DNA of 64,000 nucleotides from Antedon mediterranea. Taxonomy: Eukaryota > Animalia > Echinodermata. How positions within the stretch are numbered: position 1 is the stretch's first letter; each line of letters begins with the position of its first letter. Where the stretch lies: the NCBI RefSeq assembly GCF_964355755.1, contig NC_092674.1:11842001-11906000 (forward strand), in the 5' to 3' direction. Below, piece by piece: positions 38,101 through 48,900 of the stretch. The notes below the pieces were generated by a model. That model was not told where the DNA came from and searched no databases. It saw only the letters and a program-made list of their open reading frames with translations. The position numbers and the translations under genes are program-made.

Positions 38101-39060
38101 TACGGTTAATATATGCCCCTGTTGATCCCATTGAGTTAGCTGATATTTGCTGTTGGCCTATTTCATTGCTGCATGGAGTAATACTCCATGATTGTTGCAA
38201 GTGCTCATAGTATGACCTTCTTGGTGACATGTAAAGCATACTCTATTAGCCTTACATTGATAAGCTTGGTGTCCATTTTTCAAGCATTTGTTACATTTGA
38301 TCTCTTGTCCTTCGTGAAACACACGAGCTATGAAACCATTTAGAACAATTTGTCTAGGTATGGGGGATGACATTTTTTCAACAAAGACAGCCCTATCACT
38401 ATTAAGCCAACTTGTCAGTTGTCCGTCGACTCTGATTTTTTGCCTCATTATATCACTTACTGGTTTGCAACCCAATGCTTTTAACCGGTGGCTATCTCGG
38501 AGTCCGCTACAGACAACGGAATATCTTTAATGAGGATTCTCGTACTGTCCGTTTTGTTATATGCAAGATATGGATTAATGTCGAACACTGTGACATTACA
38601 ATTTCTTATGTTAATACCGTTCGTTATTAGTTGCACTCTGTCTTTCCTATCATTGACATAGATTCTCCAGATTTTCTGAACACCTACGATGTGATCGGCG
38701 GGTATAATTTTAGTTAATGTAATGCATAGATCTTCATCTCTACAGAACGATTTATCGGCTGGAATTTGGTCTGCTTTTAAAAACACCGGCTTCACACCTC
38801 CTTGTTGTTGCGTTGTTTGCATACCGGCTTTATTTACTCTGTTGCTCATATCACCCGCTGACGCTGTAGAAGCGGCGGGAGATTTCGTTTGATATGTAGC
38901 CATTAAGCTACGTTGGATTTTACACGTTAAACTTGAGTATATTATCGTAATATACCAAACGACAAACGTCTTTTTGTTCAGAGTCCTTAAGTAAATCAGG
39001 ATTACCTACTTAATTCTCGTTTTACAGTGAAATAATGGTGTAAAAATAACTATTTTACTC
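35185..39060 (-). mobile_element. Tx1/L1-clade LINE, near full length but degenerate
   Basis: ORF1 from 38903 with two CX2CX4HX4C knuckles. ORF2 from 37536 (MTPNIYILSLNFRG) has APE endonuclease (GGDMN, RLDYFF, SD) and RT (NWRPITLLN, DFQKAFD, GIRQGCPLS, LADD). Frameshifts and an internal deletion near 36820. Confidence 0.92.
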
Positions 39061-39463
39061 AGAGCTTAGTTTGGTATTTAATTAATGTATGGTAAAAAGC
39101 ATTAATAAATGAAACCTACTATGTTTAAAATTGTGTATAGATAAACAATTATTGTTTTTAAGCTGTCGTATATCTTAGAATTTGTATTCTTAGGTCTTCT
39201 GTCTTAGGTTTCGTGATCATAGGCCTTAGGGGGTCCTAGCTTTCGTGATCTTAAGTTTCGTGACACCCAAACTTTCCAATTTAATATTGTGAAATCCAAT
39301 TTGTCCAAACGGATAAATTTTGTTAAGAATTGCGAAAGTGCATTGTGTCTACATTGAGAAAAATGTTCAATATAGAGAAATTTAGATTTGTTACTATAGG
39401 TATGTGACTAAAGAAGAGAAACTTATTAATAAACTCAATGTTAGAAGGACTTAATTTACTTAC

Positions 39464-39509
39464 CTCCAACAACAAAATATAAAGCACATAATCCCGTTGA
39501 CAATAACAT
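39464..39509 (-). CDS. Second paralogous signal-peptide first exon (MLLSTGLCALYFVVG)
   Basis: Shares CALYF with 16945-17011 and has a G|gtaagt phase-1 donor. Flank 39900-40190 resembles 18780-19050. Confidence 0.6.
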
Positions 39510-40549
39510 TGTTAGTATGTTTTAAAAGGAACTTTCTTAATGTAACAATAGCGCCGGGTAAATATCATAAAATCAGCTTTTCCAATGAATGACCAAGTGA
39601 AGCGAAATATTATGAGAAATTGTCACAGCTCTGTCTACACTATCACACTTTGTGAGATGTGCCTATGGACACGATGGCGTCGTATCACTACCGTGTTTGG
39701 GGACGTCGATAGCGTAGACAGGGCTTTACACGTTAAATATTATATACTAGAAATAAAAGTGTCATTAAAAATATATGCGCATTACTAAGAAGCTACACTG
39801 GATTGCCACGATAAGTTATAATTAAGGTTCCTTATTTACGAAAACACATTTTGTAAATAGGAATACAATAAAAAAAAAAGCCAATTTGATTGTTGTAGGC
39901 CTATTGCTATGTATAAATATGTTTATTTTTTAATTAAAATGTTATAATCTGTGGTGATGGTTACTCATACTAATAATGAAATATCATTGTCATCAACTTT
40001 TAAACTTCACGCGTTTAACTCTCATTTTTTAAGAACAATTTTGTTTCAAGTTAATTTGAAAAAAAAGTTAACAGTCGATAATTATAGTTTTAATTGAAGA
40101 TGACCGTAAACGCAATATTCTTGTTTAGTATTATTAAGTATAACTCGTACAAGACAACATCACTTAGTTATAAATTGGTTCGATAAATATAATAATATTG
40201 TCGAAATAAACATGAACATATTTGTCATTTATAAATTTAGTGCTACCTAGCAAAAGTAGCGATAATAGTATAAACACAGATTGCTAATCAGACAGATTGA
40301 GTCTTAGCAGACTATTGCAAATCATCTAGAAAATATTCTGAATGTATGAAGTAGTTTTAATACACAAAATCGTTGTCACTGGAGTATTACGTAAAGACGT
40401 GGTATAACGCTAACAAGGTATATGCATGGACTAAAAAATACGTAGCAACGGTAACTTCAAATGATTGTTCACACGCGCTCGTCTATATGCTAAAGCACTA
40501 CTGTCAATCAAACACGCTATTTGTATGGAACGCCGTTACTGCCTTCTTT

Positions 40550-41139
40550 GGCTCTTTTACCATTACGTTCAGCACTGTTACCATTACGTTCGTACCCGCG
40601 CCGCACATCAAGTCCTAAGGCAGGAGGTTGTTTCCATCCCACCACCACCAATAGGTGAAAAATTGTTCAACCAATCAAAACTTTTTCGATTCGTGTGAAT
40701 ATATTCTATATTTTATACACTGTCTCTATTTCTATATGCCTAAACCTGTTAGTCTAGTAAGGCCTATACCGAGTATTTGTCACCTATTGGAAACGACCTG
40801 CCTCGGACTCAATGTGCCGCGCGTGTACTTGGGCAAGTTTGAGCAAGTTAGACTAGGCTCCATGCAGCAGTCACATTTTCTCATTTGACCCGATGGATGT
40901 CAAGGGTCATATTTGTTGAGACGTGAAAAGGGCCGAAAGGTAAAAGCACTGAATGATGAAAGCACCGAACGTTATGGTAAAAAAGGGGCCAAATAGAAAA
41001 GCACCAAAATGATGAAAGAGCCCTATGAAATGATGAAGAAAGAGCCGGCCGTGTGAAATGGTAAAAGAGGCGTATGAAATGGTAATTGAGCCATATGAAA
41101 TGGTAAAAGTGCCGAACGTAATGGCATGGTAAAAGTGCC
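40550..41139. mobile_element. Foldback-type element with inverted ~20-bp subrepeats
   Basis: GGCTCTTTTACCATTACGTTC on the left versus many GAACGTAATGGTAAAAGTGCC-like units at 40920-41139. No TSD resolved. Confidence 0.55.
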
Positions 41140-42111
41140 TACATAGTATATTAATATAATACACAAAGTAAAATTAGGATAACATAATCATTAAAAGTTA
41201 ATAAGGATTACCGTCGCAATTTCAAATTATTTTTGCGCTTTATTATACAACTAATGTAACATTTACGAGACAGTCTTAGGTTGGTGTGGATTTTCCTTAT
41301 TTTTCTGTCTGGTTTCTAATAGGTGTACTGTAACATAGCGAATTTCATTTTAAAATATATCAAGTAAATTGAGTTGCCTAAATAAAGGTTAAGAATGGAA
41401 GGTAAAATAACTAAAGTTAATTCTCTGGAGTAAAAGATTAAGGCATGTTTAATTTTGGGTGATAAATAGCATATTGCGATAAACATTTCTTATTGTTTGC
41501 TTAATTAAAAACATAACTTTAAATTTACCATTTGTTTTCTTAATTGTTTCGATACCCTTCGGTTAACATTTTCATTAACGATATTTTTCAGAAATAAGGT
41601 TCTCGGCGTAACTAAAGTTTTTCGTAATGCTTGCGTACGCGCAGATATATTTCTTTACAAAGTGGGCGGAGCTTGCGCGTTTCATGTTGGAGAATAGCGT
41701 TAAAGTCCCTATTGTGGACGGTTAACGGTTTCGGCAGAATAGATGGGACTAGGCAATACTGATAGCATTGTCATTTGTTCAGAAGGCCTAATTTTAAATA
41801 AATAGAAATACTATTATAACTCATACAGTGTTTTTCATCACTCTACATGACCGAAATAGGAATTTAAATATAGAATGTTTATAAAAACTAAAATTTATCA
41901 AACTCAGCTTTTACAAAAAAATCAAAACAGAATATAATAATATAGGCCTATAAACCTTTTTTTTTTGCACCATATTTAATGAGGGTAATCCATCCAGCAA
42001 TTGCTGACCCTCAGAAGTTCACAACACAAACATTATACACAAGATGCTCTATATAAACAAAGTCTTATTACAAGTCTTTGGGAGTGGAGTTGTAATGTTG
42101 TCCTTAGAAAA

Positions 42112-42192
42112 AATCCTGACATGTGATGGTACTTGAACCCAGGACCCTTGGAGTAGTAGCCAGGCATCATAACCACCAAGCCACAACTCCAC
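42112..42192 (-). mobile_element. tRNA-like SINE head
   Basis: Minus strand TGGCTTGGTGGTTATGATGC...GGGTTCAAGTAC (A and B boxes). Confidence 0.5.
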
Positions 42193-42320
42193 TCCGACAA
42201 CTTATAAATCAGTGTCATCAATAGATTCAAGTTTCTTTTTGTTTGAAACAAATCGTTTTGACTTTGATTTTGTTGGGGAAAGGAGCGATTGCAGAACATC
42301 TATGGAAGTTCGTCGAGGGG

Positions 42321-43560
42321 TTAATATGGGAATAGACTTTTTGTCACCAGTAAAAGTGTTACATTTCCATCCGGGTCAGTAGTTTGCAAACGATGAGAAC
42401 TTATTGGTGAACAAGCATTAGGTAAGTTATCCATGAGTTTGTCAATGTTCCGCACTTTAAACTGCAAAAATGCAGAGTTCAAATTTCGTGGATTAAACCT
42501 TGACGGTGTCTTCTTTACAGCAAATTGAATATCACATCCACTTTTTTTATGAACCGTGAAAATGCAGAAATTGTTGTTGCGTTTAAACGTAGGATCTTTA
42601 TTAAGAATTAACGTATAAAAGTTTATCATTTCCAGAAACGTATTTGCGGAAGAATATATCATGAATCTGACAAATCTTCTTCCGCAATGTACTTGATGTA
42701 CAGCCCAAAACGGCGTGTCATGCGCAGAACTATAAAAGTGTTGCTCATTTGGGTGAGACGTCGTGAATTGATGCAACATGTCGGATGTATGGTGATGCTG
42801 CCATGGAGGTTTTGAAAGGTAGTCTTGCAATTCTGATATAAGTTCTGAATCCAGTTTTTCGTCTAGAAGTAGTAAAACACAGAGTGTGGCTATCGACGAT
42901 CAGCCCAACTCCAGAATTGATTGCTGACAACGACAAACAGCCCGATTCCTGAATTGATTGCTGACAACGACGATCAGACCATTCCTGAATTGATAGCTGA
43001 CAACGACGATCAGCCCCATTCCTGAATTGATTGCTGACAACGACGATCAGCCCCATTCCTGTATTGATTGCTGACAATGACGATCAGCCCATTCCTGAAT
43101 TGATTGCGATCAGCCCATTCCTGAATTGATTGCTGACAACGACGATCAGCCCATTCCTGAATTGATTGCTGACAACGACGATCAGCCTATTCCTGAATTG
43201 ATTGCTGACAACGGCGATCAGCCCCATTTCTAAATTGATTACTGACAACGACGATAAGCCCATTGCTGAAATGATTGCTGACAACGACGATCAGCCCATT
43301 GCTGAACTGATTGCTGACAACGACGATCAGCCCATTCCTGAATTGATTGCTGACAACGACGATCAGCCCATTGCTGAATTGATTGCTGACAACGACGATC
43401 AGCCAATTCCTGAATTGATTGCTAACAACGGAGGTTAACTCTGACGACAGGAACAGTTTGGGGTCGGACGTAGAGGACGATGACGACAAAATGTTCCAAT
43501 ATGCCTTTTATTTAAGATATTGTTTATTTTGGTCTAAAATATTTATAGATATTTCATTTC
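42321..43560 (-). pseudogene. FAM124: FAM124-family pseudogene interrupted by a satellite
   Basis: ORF 42321..42830 has PPWQHHH, PFWAVHQVHCG, FCIF, LQFKV, LPNACSPIS and QTTDPDGN, which I recognise as FAM124 motifs. The frame extends to about 42895 (TLCVLLLLDE). An N-terminal part (ISINIL...K*KAYWNIL...DPKLFLSSE) lies at 43431-43560 with an in-frame TAA. Confidence 0.8.
42893..43430. repeat. 36-bp satellite (GATTGCTGACAACGACGATCAGCCCATTCCTGAATT) x~15; two more units at 45087-45153
   Basis: Direct tandem array. Confidence 0.95.
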
Positions 43561-43680
43561 TAAAAATGAATAAAACTTATTTATAAAATACGTACTTTTT
43601 TTTAAAGATGACCATGATTGAATTGCTGAGGCATAGATTCTAACCAGTCAGATTAAAAGGTATAAATCAATCGTAATAAT

Positions 43681-43915
43681 TCATCATCATTGTCATCATC
43701 CCATCATCATCATCATCATCAACATCTCATCATTATTATTATTATGATCATCATCATCATCATCATCTCATCATTATTATTCTTATAATTATCATCATCA
43801 TATTCATTATCATCACCATCATCATCATTATCCTCATCGTCATCATTATCATCATCTCATCATCATCATCGCCATCATATTCATCTCATCATGATCACAT
43901 CATCACAAATCATCT
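43681..43915. repeat. Imperfect (CAT)n/(TAT)n microsatellite
   Basis: Direct observation. Confidence 0.95.
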
Positions 43916-43966
43916 TCAAAATCAGCCTGTCATTGATTGTGATAAATATTAATTCTTTTTTTCCAG

Positions 43967-44500
43967 TTTTGCATCTGAAATGTCAGTAGACAGTCAGCTT
44001 TCTATACAACGACGTCGCCGATCACCGACACGATACGGACTTATGAATGAGCTAAAATGATCGTTTGGGCCTGGTGTGGAAAGAGAGCTACCGTCAATCT
44101 TCTCCAGTGTACAAAATATCCACCCTCGTAATAATTTACTGATGGAAGGAATTAAACATGCTAATAAAATCCACCAGGTATAGGCCCAAATGATTAAATA
44201 CAAAATACAATTATTAAAAACCGAAACAAGCAAGGGGGTTGAATGATGGGGTGAGGAGGACAGAGAAGATTGTCAACATGTAGTGCAGTGCATATATCTT
44301 TATAAAAAGCCTCTAATTTAAGCTTCTTTTTTTTATAGTACAAATTAGAAGAGGAAGAAAGGCAGAACAAAAGACGCCTTCATGGACTGGCCATGAGGCG
44401 TACGAGACATCCAGTATAAGTTAAGGATGTGGGAAAACCGAAAAAGAAAGAAGGAAAGAAATCAGTTAGAGGTTAACTTTGAGGTGGACGAGTGGTAGCG
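43967..44500 (+). pseudogene. Plus-strand decayed exons of an unknown gene (43967-44177 and 44339 onward)
   Basis: Strong polypyrimidine-AG acceptors, a CAG|gtatag donor and an in-phase join. The frame is open except for isolated stops. Confidence 0.4.
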
Positions 44501-45164
44501 GAGAAGATGTCACTGACGAGGGGTTGTTATGGTGGAAGATCACACAAGAATCGTTTGATCATCAGACTCTGACTTTGACCTTGACTACGTATTTCAACGA
44601 CTACGAAGACAAAATAAAAGATTTATGAAGAAATATATTATTTACAGACTATTATAAAGATTTTCTTTTTTTTTAATTTTGCGTTTTATGCTTATTTTTA
44701 AAACGTTGAATATTAGTGAGTAGGCCACCATTGTCTATGATGAGTATGAATTATTGATGGATGGATGGATCCGATGGCAACATCTGGTTTCTGTCTTTCA
44801 ATTTATAAAAATAATTTAATTTGCTTTATTCCAGTATTCAAACGGACCTTAAACCAGAAGTGATAGAATGTGAAGACATGGAAGAAACAATTATTACAAG
44901 TATTACTTTAGCCTAAAGTTGTTATTAATACACTACTATGAATAATTTTTATTGGATAAATGTTCTTCTCTTTAATACATGCATACATCAATAATTAAAT
45001 AAACAAATACAGTATACTTAATTTGAACATTTTTGTATTTTTAGCCCATTATTATCAGAATTATTTTTCATTTTGAATTTAATAGAGATCAGCCCCTTGC
45101 TGAACTGATTGCTGACAACGACGATCAGATCATTGCTGTACTGATTGCTGACATAGGCGTTTTC

Positions 45165-45700
45165 ACATTTGTGGGTTTAACAAGTACCCCATGGTACACC
45201 GAATATCATTCTTGCAGAACGATTTTGAATAACAGCATTGAAACATCTATTTTTTTTCCATGTACTTGCGAATTTCCATGAAGGCACACTGAGCTCAGTA
45301 ATATTAAATTTGGTAGAATTTAAAAGGAAACCCACCCAAATATCAATGTTTGCCTGGTCAAATTTACACCTCGGTGGTCATAAAATAAGTAATTCAGTTT
45401 TGAAGTCGTTTAATTTTAACTTATTAAGGAACATCCAGTTGGTCGATACCATTATTCAGCCTACTAAAGCTTCGTTGAGATCACATATTTTTCTAGGATG
45501 ACATATGTGTATCATCCGCATACAAATGATATAAACCATATTTAAAACATGCATTATGTCTGAAATTGGTTTGGTGTATGCAGTAAATCATGATGAACTT
45601 AAGGTTGATCCTTGAGCCACATCGTGATCTAACATAATACATTTATACTCCGATCCCAGAATTCTTTACAATATCGTTTAACAACATATGATTTGAACTA
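45165..45700 (-). mobile_element. L2-clade LINE RT fragment
   Basis: Minus strand DVAQGSTL...YTKPISDI...HLYADDT...WMFLNKLKLNDFKTE. Confidence 0.75.
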
Positions 45701-45983
45701 GCTGAGGGCTTTGTCAACAATTGTTTCTTATTTTATTTACAAGGGGTTATGATCTACAGGTTCAAAGGCTGCTGTATAATAAACAATAAACATACTTTTC
45801 GGTGCAGTTTAAATATTTGTATATTATCGATATTAAAATTACATTCACAATGTTACATTAGTTTGTCTAGTGATAACAATAATACTAATAATCAAAGTAG
45901 TGCATAATAATAAAAGTGAAGTTGTGGATGGTGCTAGTGAAATATCAATGAATAGATCCTCGACACGTATCCACCGACAACAA

Positions 45984-48900
45984 TCACACGTGGCCTGTTA
46001 TAAACGCATCGGTTCTGCGAATCACATTTTCTTCCTGTAAGCAAAACAAGGATTTATTTATATATTTTAAACTATGTAAACGTAAAATGGGGGAATAACA
46101 TGTGACTTGCATCCTACTGGGCTGAATTCCGCACAGATGTGGACGACACATACAATAAAGGTCCCTTCGTGTCGAGTGCTGCCATCAATCGGCGCCCGCT
46201 CGTCTGCCCACAACGACAGGAGCTGCATGGACCAGTACACCGGGGTAACCCCCTACTCTTTCTAAAGAAGTAATCGTTTCTTTAAAGTTCGCACGAGCCA
46301 TATGTGTACACTGGGCCTCCAGTTTTAAGTTCTTATGCTTTGTGTCGGCCCTGCCAAAAAAATATATTCCATTTCGAATCGAATTAAATTGGTAGACCTA
46401 CAGTATTAGGTAACACTCAGTAACTGTTACTAGTATTTATTTTACCATCACGTTAATGCTCATCTGGGACACGTTCGTTATTGTGTGGTGGATTATTTAT
46501 ATCTGTACATTCTTTTAACCAATACATACAACGAAGATACAATTGTTTAGTATTTACCTGATTACTGATGTTTACTCGATTCTTGCCTGGAGTGTGTTTT
46601 GCAATCAGCTTCATTAGTGGATCCATAATCTAAAAAAAAAGAAGGTTAAATTTATATTAAGGCCCATTTAGTAGATGAAAATATATAGTACTTTCATGAG
46701 TCCAATAACATTTCGCCATGATCAATAAGAACAATTAAGTCGGTTTTGTGATACATACATTTTCAGTAAAATAACTACGAATTCTAAAATACCTGGTTAT
46801 CCAGAAGACAGCAAACCACAAACAGAAATATCCCCTGTAACGAGTTGAGTATATTGAAGAGATATACCATCACACTGGTTGTTGAGTCGATGTTTAAAAC
46901 TCCGATTATCCATGTAACACCAAGAATTGGAAGAAGAACAAAGCTTCCTCTAACGGCATTCCTAAAATAAAAACCGCATATAAAAAAGATGATGGGGCCC
47001 GTTCAGGCTTATTTATTTATCCAAACAAAGATTACCGGTGTAAACAAAGTAGTAAAGACACACGAACAAAAAAATAAAACTTTCTTTCTTTTGATGCCGT
47101 TCTTTCTTCCGGTTTGCTCTCAATCTTTTAAGTTATTTCATCTTACAATGTGATTTTATTCATTTTATTATACTTATTCCAATGACTTGGAATTTTTACC
47201 AACCAAACAAACTTTTTGTTATTACAGTAGGCTATAACTTAGGTTGTAATAGTTCGTAATGTTCATAAACAATATAAATATTTGGCTTACCTTAATTGTT
47301 TGTACTCGTTTTGCTTTTTAGGAGGCTTAGTCACAATTGATCCAGATCTTTTATAAATCACATGTACCATTTTACCCAACACTAATATGTTTATCTAAAA
47401 TTAGGAAATATGATTTATTTTAAATTATTCTTTATACTTTGAAACATAAAACTGTTTTTCTACATTATAAAGAAGTCAAACCTTTTATCCTATTTGATAA
47501 AATGTTTGTAGATTTTCTATTCTTGGTAACTTAATATCTTTATCGTATCTATATTTGAGTTTTTTTTATTTTTTCCTTTTAGTTTTGGACTCTAGGTATG
47601 CAACGCTTTATAGTAGATATGTGTACATACCCCAATAATCAAGCAAGCTGGGATAACAACAACCAAGCGACACGAAACTTTAAGCCAGCATCTAAAATAA
47701 AGACAAGTAATCGTTAACACGACCATCTAAAGTTGCTCATCTTCTTAACAATAACATGGTCTACTCTAGACCTATCTAATATATCTAAATAATAATAATA
47801 ATTTCATTGATTACGCAATATTTCATTCGTTGATCGATTAAATCCTCTATTCAATGGCTCCAGGCTCCACCTAATTAATAACAGCAGTTAATATTGTAAC
47901 TCGTGAAAATGTATACATACACGGTATCAGTGACGTAGCATTCATGATTAAAAGTTATAACCATGGCAACAATGAACGCAGGCGTCACGTAGCAGAACAA
48001 CATGTAATGCACTAGCTTGAATCTTTTAGACTTGTTGTATACTACTTTTAAAACCAAGAAAATAGCTTCTGCCAGCATCCACATAAACATGCACAGAACA
48101 AGATAATGCAGGAGGATTGAAACTGTCTTACATAACACCTAAAAGAAAAAAATAATGTTCAAGTGTATTGTAAATGTAAATAAATTTTATTCTCTAAATG
48201 GTCATGAATTCCTAATAAAAGTTAAGATATATAATATAATATAATATTATGTGACAAAAAACTGAATCTTGAACCTTGAATCATTATTGTATTAACGAAA
48301 AGGAAACATTCTTTTAAAGATAATTTCAAATCGGATTAATATCACATTTTAAAATGAAAATTCATATTTTTATCTTATAATGAATACAAACATCGTCTAC
48401 GTTTAAAAGAATATCATATTTTTTATTATTCAATTTAAACTAATTAAAAGTTGACCAAATGTATTCACAAGAATATATCATCTATTTTAATTCCTTTTAA
48501 TTGATACACAATTAGTTTGAACGAATTAATATTGTGTAAAGGATTAAAAAGAAACGGTGCCTACCTTACGGTTTATTTGGTTGAGAACTGATAAAAATAG
48601 TATATCAACTCCTAATGTACAAATGATGAGGTTGATATGGATCTTGTAACGCATGTTTAACTTGTTCCTATTTATGAAGAATAGCAACATGTAAGCAAAC
48701 AAAATTTCTTTCTTATAAAACACCTTATGAGTTCAACAAAAAATAAATAAAATTCATGTTGATACCTAAAATGTGGATAGCTTACAAAGGTGAAATTTTA
48801 AGTAAAAAAGTCTTTAAAGGGAGAAAAATGTCAATTTCAACTTAAATTGCAAACCTCAGTAATAGGTAGATTAGTAGATTGATAGACAGCGTCACAATCG

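Larger units (their letters stand above)
27588..39268. mobile_element. TIR element (Mutator-like MITE) inflated by nested LINE and HINE insertions
   Basis: About 80-bp imperfect TIRs at 27588-27670 and 39180-39268 (CTAAGATCACGAAAGCTA repeats). Degenerate 10-bp flank match ctactgtcca / aaactttcca. Confidence 0.6.

Noticed and set aside
42893-43430. 36-bp repeats as CRISPR, or the ORFs 43202..43438 and 43084..43284 as repeat proteins
   Set aside because: No spacers. The ORFs are by-products of a 36-bp period and frameshift within the array.
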